64,000 bases of DNA from Vulcanimicrobiota bacterium (GCA_963723515.1 CAVRQT010000003.1:256001-320000), one strand, 5' to 3'. Positions 49,788 to 60,632 are shown, numbered from the stretch's first letter. Translations and numbers: made by a program. The notes: generated by a model from the sequence alone, not told the origin.

Positions 49788-50899
49788 TGCGCGCGAAGCG
49801 TTTCGTCGTAAGTGTCGGAGCCTTCGTCCTAGCGGCGTCCGCTCCGGCGCTTGCGATGCCGCCCTTCGCGGAAGCGTATGGAATGAAGTGCAGCGTCTGC
49901 CACACACAAGTACCCGGACTCAACGCCTACGGAAGATACGTTCAGCGAACCGGCTATGCATCATTGGACTACCATACACTGCACCGTTCGACGCCGTTTT
50001 GGATCGGCGAAAGCGCCAACTACGATTCGCAAAATCCAGACGCCCCGCACCATTGGCAGTTTGGAAATCTCGCAATACATGCGGCGGGCGCTTTTGACCA
50101 AGACTTTACCTTCCATGCGCAACAATGGATCACCCAGAACAATCAATCCGGCGGCGTCGACACGCTGTGGCTGACGTACAACAATATCTTCCATCGCGAC
50201 GGTCATCTCTTTGTTGGAAAGATGCCGGCGCCGGGGCCGTCAGGATATAGCCAATGGTTCGATCTTGCCTCGTTTGCGACGCCTGAAATAACGGTCGGCG
50301 AACATGTCTACCAATTGGATGCGAATCGCTGGGGCACCAAGCTGAACTACGTGCACGGCTCACTCGATTTCGAAGCGGGATATTTTAGTTCAGGAGCAGA
50401 TCTGAGCGGTTTCGGGGACTTCAGCTGGGTCAATGACAAGACGCTGTTGTGGAAGCTTGCTCACGCGAACCCCGAACAGCCGCTGGAGTTCGGATTACTT
50501 GGTTCCCGTGGATCGTGGCCGCTCGCCGAAGGCGGTTTCGATCAATACTGGACGCTCGGCGGCTATGTTCAGCGCGATCCTGTCGATCGATGGCCGGGAG
50601 CGCTTTTCATCTACCAGAGCGGGTACGACCAAATGCCGATGCCCGGTGTAGGTGCGGCCGGTAGCAACGCCGCGACGTTTGAGCTCTACGAGCCGATCGG
50701 CGAACGGGCGCTCATTTCGGTGCGCAAAGAATTCACGAACGACGGTTTAGGGACGCAAACGCAAACGGGCAATATTGATCTCAGCTATCACATAGCGCCG
50801 TTTCTGCACTTCTATGCGGAGGCAGCCCTGGCGCGGAACTCAACGCCGGCTTGGCGCTACATGTTGTGGTGGACGATGCCGCTGCAGAAGGTAAAATAG
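49787..50899 (+). CDS. Putative outer-membrane beta-barrel protein with N-terminal CxxCH motif
   Basis: Signal peptide, MPPFAEAYGMKCSVCH...PGLN.YGR, aromatic-rich beta-strand-like remainder. Confidence 0.7.
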   Translation: MRAKRFVVSVGAFVLAASAPALAMPPFAEAYGMKCSVCHTQVPGLNAYGRYVQRTGYASLDYHTLHRSTPFWIGESANYDSQNPDAPHHWQFGNLAIHAAGAFDQDFTFHAQQWITQNNQSGGVDTLWLTYNNIFHRDGHLFVGKMPAPGPSGYSQWFDLASFATPEITVGEHVYQLDANRWGTKLNYVHGSLDFEAGYFSSGADLSGFGDFSWVNDKTLLWKLAHANPEQPLEFGLLGSRGSWPLAEGGFDQYWTLGGYVQRDPVDRWPGALFIYQSGYDQMPMPGVGAAGSNAATFELYEPIGERALISVRKEFTNDGLGTQTQTGNIDLSYHIAPFLHFYAEAALARNSTPAWRYMLWWTMPLQKVK

Positions 50900-50907
50900 A
50901 TATTGAA

Positions 50908-51326
50908 ATGACCCAGATCGTCCGAACGATCGAAGTGAACGCGCCGCGGGATCGTGCGCTCGATGCCGCGGCCGCGTTTTTTAGGGAACGCGCTCCTAAT
51001 TTCAAAGTACAGGCGCTCGGCGCGGCACCGCGCCCGTTGAATTGCGCTATAGCTTGCTGGATGATTGGACGAAGCTCGTGCATCATCACTCGGCTCTTGC
51101 CTTTGCGTGGCGCCCGCGCTTTCAAGGCTTTCCGAATTTTGGAGCAATGCTGACAGTGCGTCCGAAGGACGGCGCATCGTTGGTCTCGCTTGAAGGTTCG
51201 TACAATCCACCTGCGGGTTTCGTCGGGCAACTTTTCGACCGTTTTATCGGCGAGCGATTGGCAAATCGGACGATGGACGCGTTGCTGCAACAGATTAAAG
51301 ATTACATCGAGCACCGAGCGACATGA
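50908..51326 (+). CDS. Hypothetical protein, same family (copy 4), frameshift near 51035
   Basis: MTQIVRTIEVNAP... / FPNFGAMLTV...LEGSYNPPAGFVGQLFDRFIGERLANRTMDALL. Confidence 0.72.
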
Positions 51327-51787
51327 TCGAAATACTCAACGACGACGAGATCGATAAAATGCTCGGCGCGCATTCCGTTGGTCGCCTCGGCTGCCACGCT
51401 GACGGGCGTACGTACGTCGTGCCGATCGCCTATGCTTATGATGACGGCGCAATCTACGGCCACAGCACCGAGGGCCTGAAGCTGCGCATGATGCGCCACA
51501 ATCCGCAAGTGTGCTTTGAGGTTGACGAAGTTGAGAATGTTCTTGATTGGCGCAGCGTCGTCGCATGGGGAACGTTCGAAGAATTGCATGGAACTGATGC
51601 GGAGCAGGCCATGCGGAAGCTGCTCATACATTTCCTGCCTGCAAAAGCGCAGGCGACGACGCGGTACCTTGAAAAATCGCGTCCTGGAGTGATGGAAGCG
51701 GGAGCGGTGATTTACCGCGTTCGGTTATACGAAAAAACGGGCCGTTGCGAGCGGTCCGCCGGACGCCTCTTTCGCATCCAAGAGTAG
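51323..51787 (+). CDS. Pyridoxamine 5'-phosphate oxidase-like (NimA-type) flavin-binding protein
   Basis: VGRLGC....YVVPI.Y, G.K..MMR.NP.VCFEVD, W.SV.A.G.FEE. Confidence 0.88.
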   Translation: MIEILNDDEIDKMLGAHSVGRLGCHADGRTYVVPIAYAYDDGAIYGHSTEGLKLRMMRHNPQVCFEVDEVENVLDWRSVVAWGTFEELHGTDAEQAMRKLLIHFLPAKAQATTRYLEKSRPGVMEAGAVIYRVRLYEKTGRCERSAGRLFRIQE

Positions 51788-51795
51788 CGGTTTTC

Positions 51796-52026
51796 TTAGA
51801 ACTGCTCGACGGCCGAAATTTCCGGGACCTCGGCCGTCACCGTTTGTTCGATCGCCATCTTCAGCGTTGCATTCGCCATCGCGCAACCGCCGCACGCGCC
51901 GAGCATTTGCACGAATGCGACGTCGTTTTCAACCTTGATCAGCCACACCTCGCCGCCATCCATCTGGATGCCCGGCCGAACTTTATCGAGCGCCGCGTTG
52001 ACGCGCTCTTCAACTGTCGCCGTTAT
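51796..52026 (-). CDS. NifU-like (NfuA C-domain) Fe-S carrier; start codon uncertain
   Basis: LDKVRP.IQ.DGGEV, GACGGC, TLK..IE. Confidence 0.88.
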   Translation of the reverse strand: MTATVEERVNAALDKVRPGIQMDGGEVWLIKVENDVAFVQMLGACGGCAMANATLKMAIEQTVTAEVPEISAVEQF

Positions 52027-52934
52027 TGACCGTGCCTTTGCATGAGCTCGTGAATGCGCGATGCGATCGTTAAAGCATCGTCCCATTTACGCTGCCACAT
52101 ATTGCGCCCGAAAATCAATCCGACGCAGCCGGCTTCCATCGCAATCTGCGCCTTGTGCATCGTATCTTCGTCACCCATTTTGCTGCCGCCCGAAACCAGA
52201 ACGAGCGATCGGCCTGCCGATTTGACGACTTTTGCAAGGCCTTCTTCGTCGGAGAGATGCAGCGTGTTGTACGGTTTCGGAAGTTTGTCCGCGGTTGCGT
52301 CATCCCATTTTGGGACGTTTAGCTTGATAACGTCGGCGCCCATTTCGCAGGCAACCCGGGCCGCATAATCGACGGCGTAGAGCGAATCGATGCCGCCTGT
52401 GGCTTTGACTGCTTCGCCCCGTGGATAGGCCCAAATGACGAACGGCATGCCGTTTTTCTCGCATTCGCGCCGCACTTCGTTGCATTGTGCGATGTCAACG
52501 TCTTGAGCGGGACTGCCGACGTACAGTGTGTAGCCGACGGCTTCGGCGCCAATGCGAACCGCGTCTTCGACGGACGACGTCAGTGAACTAAACGCCTCGT
52601 CGTCATTTGGAATGTTCGTCTTTCCGTTCACCTTCAAGATCAAGGGGACTGTGCCGGCGTACTTTGTCAGATACTTTTCGGCAAGTCCGATGTGCATGGC
52701 GACGCCCGAGAAATTGCCCTCAACGGCGAGCTTGAAAATCCAATCCGTGTCGATCGAATCGGGATTGGAGAAGAAATCGACCGGACCGTGCTCGAGGCCC
52801 TGATCGATCGGCAAGAGCATCAGCGTGCCGTTCGCGGGCCCGTGCTCGTACATCAAGCGGTGCAAACGCACGCGCTTCCCCATTGAAAGGTTGAGATCGT
52901 CGAATGTCGGGCGGCGAACCGGCGTTAAAAGCAT
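52023..52934 (-). CDS. fbaB: Class I (DhnA-type) fructose-bisphosphate aldolase
   Basis: LPIDQGLEHGP, W.YPRG, AAR.A.E.GADVIK, SGG, IFGRN.WQ. Confidence 0.9.
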   Translation of the reverse strand: MLLTPVRRPTFDDLNLSMGKRVRLHRLMYEHGPANGTLMLLPIDQGLEHGPVDFFSNPDSIDTDWIFKLAVEGNFSGVAMHIGLAEKYLTKYAGTVPLILKVNGKTNIPNDDEAFSSLTSSVEDAVRIGAEAVGYTLYVGSPAQDVDIAQCNEVRRECEKNGMPFVIWAYPRGEAVKATGGIDSLYAVDYAARVACEMGADVIKLNVPKWDDATADKLPKPYNTLHLSDEEGLAKVVKSAGRSLVLVSGGSKMGDEDTMHKAQIAMEAGCVGLIFGRNMWQRKWDDALTIASRIHELMQRHGQ

Positions 52935-52983
52935 CGTTGTCAGAACTCCTATTCTCTATTACCCATCCTGATTTGTGAGGGTG

Positions 52984-53919
52984 TCAGACTGCGCCTCTCG
53001 CCACAATTGCGGCGGCATAACCGAGCGCCCCGCACGCGACCGTGACGGCAAACAGTAGGACGCCGCGTGCCGCGATTGCAACCGCTTGGACTGGATTGGC
53101 CGAATTGCCAATGGAGCGAGGCTGCTCCAGCGTTCTCCAGAGTGAGACGGCGACTGGGACTGCCCCCAGTGCGAAGTAACCAAAGGTTGCCGGAGCGACT
53201 CGCGTTGCTGCCGCGACGCCGGCCACGACAAAGATCGCTAACGAGCAAAATTCAATGATTCGCCGCGTGCTCGGCAAGCCGAACCGAACGAGCAGATTCA
53301 CTTTCCCACCGGCACAATCGGCATCGCGGTCGGGAACCTCAACGCAGAGCATCATTGCGAACATCGCGCACGCCGCCGGAATGGCACTCAGGAAAGCGCG
53401 CAGGTCCACGGTTCCCGTTTGTATCGAGTAAGCGAAAAGGGGAACGAGAATCGCAACGACGAGCGCCGTTGTCGCTTCGCCGAGGCCACGCGCGAGCAGA
53501 CGTGCCGGCGGCGCAGAGTACGACCAGGACAGAATGCCGATGGCGAGAGAGAGAGCGGTAGCGATCGGTGAAAAGCACATCGCCGTCCAGATCGTGGCGA
53601 GAAGTCCAAGGCTTGCTGCGCCAAGTGCAAGCCGCGCCGCAACAACCGGTGCAAACACGTCGCTTTGCAGCACGCCACTGCCGCCTGAAAACGGCGTGCG
53701 CACTACGCGCTCGTCGCACTCGCGGTCGAAGAAATCGTTGCTGTAGTGCGTCATCAGTTGAAAAGCCGCCACGGTGAAGAGCCCAAGGAGCGCGGCGGGA
53801 AGATTAAAACGGTAATGCTCGTATGCGGCGATCAGCGTTCCCAAGGCGACACACAAGATTCCACCGATGATGAACTTCAGCCGTGATAAACGAACGATCG
53901 CCCAAAGCGTTCTCACCAC
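52984..53919 (-). CDS. UbiA/MenA family prenyltransferase
   Basis: HYSNDFFD...D, SGGS, YSAPP.RL..RGLGE, PDRDAD..GGK. Confidence 0.85.
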   Translation of the reverse strand: MVRTLWAIVRLSRLKFIIGGILCVALGTLIAAYEHYRFNLPAALLGLFTVAAFQLMTHYSNDFFDRECDERVVRTPFSGGSGVLQSDVFAPVVAARLALGAASLGLLATIWTAMCFSPIATALSLAIGILSWSYSAPPARLLARGLGEATTALVVAILVPLFAYSIQTGTVDLRAFLSAIPAACAMFAMMLCVEVPDRDADCAGGKVNLLVRFGLPSTRRIIEFCSLAIFVVAGVAAATRVAPATFGYFALGAVPVAVSLWRTLEQPRSIGNSANPVQAVAIAARGVLLFAVTVACGALGYAAAIVARGAV

Positions 53920-53968
53920 GGTCGTGGCTTAAAGGGGGGCGCCCAAACTTCATTCAAAAGCACGCTTC

Positions 53969-54865
53969 GTGCAAGACCGCATCAGTGTCGGCTTTGTTGG
54001 CATTGGGACGATGGGTGAGCCGATGGTGCGCTGCCTCTTGCGTGCCGGCCATCAAGTCGTCGTCTCGGCGCATCGCAATCGTGAACGCGTCGAACGCGTC
54101 GTTGCAGAAGGTGCACGCGAGGCAAAGAATCCGGCAGCGATTGCCGAGCAGTGCGATTTTCTCATCACCTGTGTACCTGATGCACCGCAAGTTGAAGAAG
54201 CGATCTTCGCGACGGATGGCTTATTGAGCGGAGCGCACGGCACAAAAACCTTCGTTGATATGTCGACGATTTCACCGCTCGCAACGGTGCGCATCGCCGA
54301 GCGCCTCTCTAAAGATCGCCACCGTTTCGCCGATGCGCCCGTCAGCGGCGGCCCGGTTCGCGCAGCAGACGGATCGCTGACGATCATGCTCGGATGTGCG
54401 GATGAAGATGTGAGCGGCATCGTTGCGGTGTTGAAAGCCATGGGAAAGCCGAGCCACGTCGGGCCTGTTGGAATGGGCGAGACGGTAAAATTGACCAATC
54501 AGATTTTGATCGCCAACATCATGGTTGCGAATGCTGAGGCGCTCAGCTTCGCGCGAAAAGCCGGCGCCGATCCGAACGTCGTGCGCGAGGTGATCGCAAG
54601 CGCGACGGGCGCGAATTATTTGCTGCAAACATGGCTGCCGAAGACCTGGTTTGCCCAGAACTTTGAAGGCGGCTTTGCGATGGATTTACTGCGCAAAGAC
54701 CTAAACGCCGCCCTTGAAGCGGCTCGTACGATGAATCTTCCGATGCCCTCAACCGCGCTTGTCTCGCAGTTTTACACGGCCCAGGCTGCGAAAGGAGATG
54801 CCGCGCATGACTATAGCGCCGTCGCAAAGTTCTACGAACAGTTTACGCAAGATTCTCGTCGTTGA
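53969..54865 (+). CDS. NAD(P)-dependent beta-hydroxyacid dehydrogenase
   Basis: GFVGIGTMG.PM, DMSTISP, DAPVSGG, KL.NQ, F..DL..KDL. Confidence 0.9.
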   Translation: MQDRISVGFVGIGTMGEPMVRCLLRAGHQVVVSAHRNRERVERVVAEGAREAKNPAAIAEQCDFLITCVPDAPQVEEAIFATDGLLSGAHGTKTFVDMSTISPLATVRIAERLSKDRHRFADAPVSGGPVRAADGSLTIMLGCADEDVSGIVAVLKAMGKPSHVGPVGMGETVKLTNQILIANIMVANAEALSFARKAGADPNVVREVIASATGANYLLQTWLPKTWFAQNFEGGFAMDLLRKDLNAALEAARTMNLPMPSTALVSQFYTAQAAKGDAAHDYSAVAKFYEQFTQDSRR

Positions 54866-55526
54866 CGATGAGTCGGCGATCTTGCAAACGCTGCGCTTCA
54901 ATCTGGAACGCAGCGGTTATGCCGTCTGCACGGCGTCCGACGGGCGAAGCGCGATCTCGACCGCCGCCCGCGAACAACCCGATCTGATCGTCCTCGATAT
55001 CATGCTTCCAGTCGTTGACGGCGTTGAAGTCTGTAAAGAGATCCGCAAGCACAGCGGCGTGCCGATTATCATGCTAACGGCCAAAGATCAAGAGATCGAT
55101 AAAGTTCTGGCACTCGAGCTCGGCGCGGACGATTACGTTACCAAGCCGTTTTCGCTCTACGAGCTGCTCGCACGCATCCGCGCACGATTGCGCCGCCAAC
55201 TTCCGATCGAGCTGCAAGCGCATGAGGAGCCGCTCATTGCCGGGGACATCACGCTCGATCCGGCGCGTCATCTGCTGACGGTTCGGGGCGAAGAAGTGAC
55301 GGTCGCGCCCAAAGAATTCGCGCTGCTGTGGCTGTTTATGGAGAACAGCGGCCGAGTCGTCACTCGCCAAACGATCCTGGATAAAGTTTGGGGCTACGAT
55401 TTTGAAGGCGAACAGCAAACGGTCAGCGTGCACGTGCGTTGGCTGCGTGAGAAGATCGAACGCGATCCCCGCAATCCGCGGCATATTCTGACCGTGCGCA
55501 GCCGCGGTTACATGTTCCGGGAGTAA
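54807..55526 (+). CDS. phoB: PhoB/PhoP-like response regulator
   Basis: ILVVDDE, LDIMLP, GADDYVTKPF, V.VHVRWLREKIE, TVR..GY; upstream of the kinase and pst genes. Confidence 0.85.
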   Translation: MTIAPSQSSTNSLRKILVVDDESAILQTLRFNLERSGYAVCTASDGRSAISTAAREQPDLIVLDIMLPVVDGVEVCKEIRKHSGVPIIMLTAKDQEIDKVLALELGADDYVTKPFSLYELLARIRARLRRQLPIELQAHEEPLIAGDITLDPARHLLTVRGEEVTVAPKEFALLWLFMENSGRVVTRQTILDKVWGYDFEGEQQTVSVHVRWLREKIERDPRNPRHILTVRSRGYMFRE

Positions 55527-56717
55527 CCACGAACGCAGCTGATCTTGCCGCGTTAGCTGCACTCGGCGCGGGGGTTATCGCAGGCTACGCTCTCCGCTCC
55601 TTCTTCGCTCGAGAAGGGATAACGGAAACGCCGGCGCCTGTGCCATCGCCCAATCAGGATGCCTCCGAAGAGCGCTTCGACCGGCTCGTGCGCGCCTTAC
55701 CGCTCGGCGTCTTAATGCTCGATCGGCGCGCGCGCATTACTTTTGCCAATGACGCCGCGGCAGCGATTTTCAACTTTGACCGCCGTCGCGTCCTCGGTCA
55801 ACATGTCATCGAGCCAATTTCATCCTTAGATCTCGAGCGTCGCGTTGAGGATGCGCTTGGCGGGTGAAGCATCGCTTGGGCCGTTGATTTTAGCGGCCAA
55901 AGGCCGCAACAGGACGTACGGGATTTCGGTTTATCCGCTTACCGAGAGCGACTCACGGCACAGGACACCAGACGATACATGGTGCGCTGATCCTCGCCGA
56001 AGATCAAACGGAACTCTTGGCGATGGAGCGTGCACGCCAAGAATTTCTCTCGAATGTCTCGCATGAACTTCGCACGCCGCTTTCATCCGCGAAATTGATG
56101 CTCGAGACGGTTATCGCCGCGCCGGAAGATGAAGCGCGGGAAATGTTTTTGCCGCAAGTACTCGGCCAGATTGACCGGCTCGGCGCGCTCGTTGAAAAAC
56201 TTGTCGAACAGGCGCGCGCGCAATCGGGCGACATGCCGCTCAAAGTTGAGCGTCTCGAGCTGGAGACGATCGTCGCGCCGATCGTACAAAGTTTGCAGCA
56301 GCAAGCCGAAACGAAGGGCATCTCGCTTAGGCATGGAAACAAAAACAAATCCGCGCGTTGATGTCGATCGCGATCGTATCTCGCAAGTCGTCGTCAACCT
56401 CGTAGACAATGCTTTACGTTACACGCGAAGCGGGCGGAAAGATCGCCGTGATGCTTTCATCCGAAAAAGATGAAGCGCTCATCACGGTCGCAGACAGGGG
56501 CATCGGTATCCCTTACAGGGATTTGCCGCATATCTTCGAGCGCTTCTATGTTGTCGATCGCTCGCGCGCTCGCGAAGTCAGCGGCGCCGGGCTCGGTCTT
56601 GCGATCGTCAAGCAAATCATCGACGCGCACAAGGGCTCGATCGCCGTCGAATCGCGTCTGGGCCGCGGCACGAATTCATCTGCCGCCTGCCGCTCGCTTC
56701 TTCTTAAGATTTGTTAA
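55523..56717 (+). CDS. phoR: PhoR-like PAS histidine kinase, several frameshifts; start uncertain
   Basis: PAS-like segment, EFLSNVSHELRTPL, NLVDNA.RY, DRGIGI, IFERFYVVDRSR, GAGLGLAIVK. Confidence 0.82.
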
Positions 56718-56752
56718 CATAACGTTAAGGTGGCCTTAGCCAGGTCTTAAGT
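56704..56752 (+). promoter_or_regulatory. Pho-box-like direct repeats upstream of pstC
   Basis: TTAAGA/TTAACA/TTAAGG/TTAGCC/TTAAGT at 56704, 56714, 56725, 56736, 56747 (10-11 bp period). Confidence 0.7.
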
Positions 56753-56755
56753 AGC

Positions 56756-57652
56756 ATGAAGAGACCTGTGATCGCGAGCACGCCCACCCGCGCACACCTT
56801 CAAAACACTATCGCTCGGGCGGTGCTTTTTGCGGCTAGCGCGCTTGTGATCGTCGCAATGGCGGCCGTCGTTCTGTATCTCGCGTCCGAAGGGACGCGTC
56901 TCTTTTTTTCAGACCATATTTCGCCGCTCGCGTTTTTGGGCCGGCTCTCATTCGATCCGGATAATCGCATGCCGGGCGCGCTCGTCTTTATCATCGGCTC
57001 GCTCGGCGTGACGCTTTTCGCAATTCTTGTCGGCGGCCCGTTCGGGGTTGCGGTCGGCATTTTTCTCTCGCAGCTGGCGCCGCAACGACTCGCCGCATTC
57101 ATGAAGCCGGCAATAGAGATTCTCGTCGGCATTCCGTCCGTCGTCTACGGATGGCTCGGTTTGACGCTGCTCGCGCCTTTCACCCGCCAACATTTCGGAA
57201 GTCAAACCGGCTTTGGACTCCTGACCGCTGGGATCGTGCTCTCAATCATGATTTTACCGACCGTCATCTCGCTTTCCGAAGATGCGCTGCACGCCGTTCA
57301 CGCATCGATGAAAGAAGGTTCGATGGCGCTTGGTGCGACGCGCTGGCAGACGATCTTCCACGTGCTCTTGCCCGCCGCGCGCAGCGGGTTGACCGTTGCG
57401 ATCATCCTCGGCATCGCGCGTGCAATCGGCGAAGCTCTCGCGGTGCAAATGGTCATCGGCAATAGTGCGGTGTTGCCGAAAGGGCTACTCAGTCCGACGT
57501 CAACCTTGACGACGGAGATCGTAACCGATATGGGAAGCGCACAAGCCGGTTCGGTCATGCAGCATGCGCTCTTCTCGATGGCGTTCTTGCTGCTGATCAT
57601 CGCCATGCTGTTGATCGTCGGCGTTCGCACCGCGCTGCGGCGGTCCGCATGA
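56756..57652 (+). CDS. pstC: Phosphate ABC transporter permease PstC
   Basis: GIPSVVYG..G, IMILPT, ALGATRWQT, RAIGEALAV.MV.GN. Confidence 0.95.
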   Translation: MKRPVIASTPTRAHLQNTIARAVLFAASALVIVAMAAVVLYLASEGTRLFFSDHISPLAFLGRLSFDPDNRMPGALVFIIGSLGVTLFAILVGGPFGVAVGIFLSQLAPQRLAAFMKPAIEILVGIPSVVYGWLGLTLLAPFTRQHFGSQTGFGLLTAGIVLSIMILPTVISLSEDALHAVHASMKEGSMALGATRWQTIFHVLLPAARSGLTVAIILGIARAIGEALAVQMVIGNSAVLPKGLLSPTSTLTTEIVTDMGSAQAGSVMQHALFSMAFLLLIIAMLLIVGVRTALRRSA

Positions 57653-58560
57653 CTTCGACAGCCCAACAGCGGTTGCTCGAGACGCGAGGATTGGTCGCGG
57701 CGCAGCGCCGCGTTGCGGATTTCGTTGCGACGATTCTGCTGTGGGCCGCGGCGTGCAGCATTTTGCTGCTGCTTGCATTTTTTATCGGCTATCTCTCTTA
57801 TCTCGGCGTCGGTGTGGTGAACTGGCATTTCTTGACCGCTCCGCCCAGTGAGATCTCGGCCGGCGGCGGCATCGGACCGCAGATCTTCAATTCGTTTTAC
57901 ATCCTCTTTTTAACGCTGATCTTCACCGTGCCGATCGCGATGGGCGCGGGCATCTACCTTCAAGAATACGCGCGGCCCGGCGCTTTCACGACCACCGTCC
58001 AATTCTGCGCGGAATCGCTCGCGACGATTCCGTCGATCGTGATGGGGCTTTTCGGCTTGATCGTCTTTGTGACGCTCCTGCACTGGCATTTCACGGCGCT
58101 GGGCGGCGCGCTCACTTTGACGTTGCTAAATCTGCCTGCGCTCATGCGCGTCACGCAAGAAGGGCTCGCGAGCGTGCCGCTGATTCTGCGGGAAGGCTCG
58201 ATGGCGCTCGGCGCGACGAAATGGCAAACGATCCGCCGCGTCGTGCTTCCGAGCGCAATCTCGCCGCTGACAACCGGAATCGTCTTAATCGCCGGACGCA
58301 TCTTCGGTGAGACCGCCGCACTGATCTATACCGCCGGCGTGAGCGTCAGCGCGGGACGCAGCGCGTACGATTGGAATCCCTTTCATACCGCGGAAACGCT
58401 GTCCGTGCATCTGTGGTACACGCATTCTGAAGGTCTTGTCCCTGATGCAGCGCGTATTGGAAACGGCTGCGCACTCGTTCTGTTGGTGATGATCTTGGCA
58501 TTTAACATCTTGGCTCGCGTCTTGGGACGGCTCTTGAGCCGGCGTTTGACCAGCAAGTGA
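57649..58560 (+). CDS. pstA: Phosphate ABC transporter permease PstA
   Basis: [35 protein letters not shown]. Confidence 0.95.
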   Translation: MTSTAQQRLLETRGLVAAQRRVADFVATILLWAAACSILLLLAFFIGYLSYLGVGVVNWHFLTAPPSEISAGGGIGPQIFNSFYILFLTLIFTVPIAMGAGIYLQEYARPGAFTTTVQFCAESLATIPSIVMGLFGLIVFVTLLHWHFTALGGALTLTLLNLPALMRVTQEGLASVPLILREGSMALGATKWQTIRRVVLPSAISPLTTGIVLIAGRIFGETAALIYTAGVSVSAGRSAYDWNPFHTAETLSVHLWYTHSEGLVPDAARIGNGCALVLLVMILAFNILARVLGRLLSRRLTSK

Positions 58561-59348
58561 TTTCATCAACACTTGCGCCGCCCGAAGTTGCGCCGGCCTG
58601 CAAACTGCAGGTCGAAGATCTCAACGTCTACTACGGGGATTTCCAGGCCATCAAACATGCCTCGCTCGACGTTCCGGAGAATCGTGTTACCGCGCTTATC
58701 GGGCCTTCAGGGTGCGGAAAGACGACGTTTATCCGCGCGCTCAATCGGATGCACGATCTTTCTCCAAACGTGCGCGTTGAGGGCAAGGTGTCACTAGACG
58801 GCGAGGACATCTATGCGCGCGACGTCGATCCCGTCGCGATCCGCCATCGAATCGGCATGGTCTTTCAACGGGCTAATCCGTTTCCGAAATCGATTTTCGA
58901 AAACGCCGTCTACGGTCCGAGGATCCATGGAATCGGCTCGCGACGTCAACTGGCCGAGATCTGCGAACGAAGCTTGCGGCGGGCCGCATTATGGGATGAA
59001 GTCAAGGATCGTTTGAATCGGTCTGCGCTCGATCTTTCCGGCGGCCAGCAGCAACGCTTGTGCATCGCGCGCGTGCTGGCAGTCGAGCCGGAAGTGATCC
59101 TGATGGATGAACCGGCCTCCGCGCTGGACCCGATTGCGACGTCAAAGATCGAGGATCTCATCGTCGAACTCAAAGACGACTTTACGGTCGTCATCGTCAC
59201 GCACTCAATGCAGCAGGCGGCTCGCATCTCCGATTTCACCGCATTCTTTTTGATGGGCGATTTGATCGAAGTCGGCACGACTTCGGAGATCTTCACGAAA
59301 CCTAAGGACAAGCGAACCGAGGATTACATCACCGGCCGTTACGGTTAG
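58557..59348 (+). CDS. pstB: Phosphate ABC transporter ATPase PstB
   Basis: [47 protein letters not shown]. Confidence 0.97.
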   Translation: MISSTLAPPEVAPACKLQVEDLNVYYGDFQAIKHASLDVPENRVTALIGPSGCGKTTFIRALNRMHDLSPNVRVEGKVSLDGEDIYARDVDPVAIRHRIGMVFQRANPFPKSIFENAVYGPRIHGIGSRRQLAEICERSLRRAALWDEVKDRLNRSALDLSGGQQQRLCIARVLAVEPEVILMDEPASALDPIATSKIEDLIVELKDDFTVVIVTHSMQQAARISDFTAFFLMGDLIEVGTTSEIFTKPKDKRTEDYITGRYG

Positions 59349-59384
59349 GCGTTCTCGCCGCCGAGTTTGGGTACACTCATTGCC

Positions 59385-60237
59385 GTGAGCGACACTCTTC
59401 CGGCCCAACATCAAGATCGTCAACCCGGCTTGCAAACCGAGATGCGGCCTCAGCCGCGGACCGACCGCCCGGAACGGCGCGGCGCGCAGAAACTCCAAGA
59501 TCGAGTCGTCTTGATCACGGGCGGCGATAGCGGAATCGGACGCGCCATTGCGGTCGCTGCCGCGAAAGAAGGCGCGAATATCGCCTTCATCTATCTCAAT
59601 GAACATCAAGATGCGCAAGAGACGCGACGTTTGGTCGAAGAGCTCGAGCGTCCATCGTTCTCCGTCGCAGGCGACGTCGGCGATGAGAACTTCTGCCGCA
59701 GGTGCGGTGCGAACAGACCGTGCAGCGGTTCGGCAAGCTCGACGTTCTGATCAACAACGCCGGCGAGCAGCATCCGCAAGAGAACGTTGAAGAAATCACG
59801 CGCGAGCAGATCGAGCGCACCTTTCGAACGAATATCTTTGCGCAATTTTTCATGGTCAAAGCGGCGTTGCCGCACTTGCAGAAGGGCGCGTCAATCGTCA
59901 ACATTGCCTCGGTAACCGCTTATGAAGGCAATCCGCGGCTGATCGATTACTCGGCGACGAAGGGCGCGATTGTTTCATTTACGCGCGCGCTCTCAAACGC
60001 TATTATCGAGCGAGGCATTCGTGTCAATGCGGTCGCGCCGGGGCCGATTTGGACGCCGTTGATTCCAGCGACATTTCCAGCCGATAAAGTCAAAGAATTC
60101 GGCAAGGATACGCCGATGAAGCGGCCGGGCCAACCGATGAGGTGGCGGCCGCCGTCATTTTCCTCGCCTGCGACGACGCATCGTACATCTCCGGCCAGAC
60201 GTTGCACGTCAACGGCGGACAGGTCGTCAATAGTTAA
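59385..60237 (+). CDS. SDR oxidoreductase (YdaD/YghA-like), frameshifts near 59700 and 60140
   Basis: Q.RQPG....M.P.P, ITGGDSGIGRA, NNAG.Q, YSATKGAI, PGPIWTPL, SYISGQTLHVNGG. Confidence 0.9.
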
Positions 60238-60238
60238 C

Positions 60239-60613
60239 ATGCCGCGCGCTACGTGGAAACCTCACGAAAAGCATGGCGAGCTGACCGAACGCGGTGATCT
60301 GCCCGATAGCGTCTTCGCCTATCCGAAGAAACGCAAAGAGCCGATGACGGATGCCTCGCATGTTCGCAACGCGATCGCGCGCTTCGATCAGGTGACCGGC
60401 GTTTCGGACGAAGAACGCGCTCAGGCCTTTGCAAACATCAAGAAAGCCGCCAAGCATTACGGCGTCGAGATGTCCGAAGATAAGTGGAAAGAGCTCGGCC
60501 GGCGTCCGAGCACGGCCGAACGCGCGAAGATCGCAAACGATCGGCACGCAAAGCGGCTCGCACGCGCAAGAAGAAGACGCGCAAGAAATCGCGCTAGCGT
60601 TTACTTAAACTAA
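60239..60613 (+). CDS. Small conserved hypothetical protein (DUF6582-like)
   Basis: LPDSVFAYPK.RKEP..DASHVRNAIARFDQV..VSD.ER..A. Confidence 0.7.
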   Translation: MPRATWKPHEKHGELTERGDLPDSVFAYPKKRKEPMTDASHVRNAIARFDQVTGVSDEERAQAFANIKKAAKHYGVEMSEDKWKELGRRPSTAERAKIANDRHAKRLARARRRRARNRASVYLN

Positions 60614-60632
60614 CCTTAACTGGGTCTTAACG
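60604..60632 (+). promoter_or_regulatory. Pho-box-like direct repeats upstream of porin-pstS
   Basis: CTTAAAC, CTTAACT, CTTAACG at exact 11-bp period (60604, 60615, 60626). Confidence 0.7.

Noticed and set aside
59702..60613. Apparent SDR-DUF6582 fusion in the ORF track
   Set aside because: The true SDR C-terminus (SYISGQTLHVNGG…*) is in another frame ending at 60237; the fusion results from an indel near 60140
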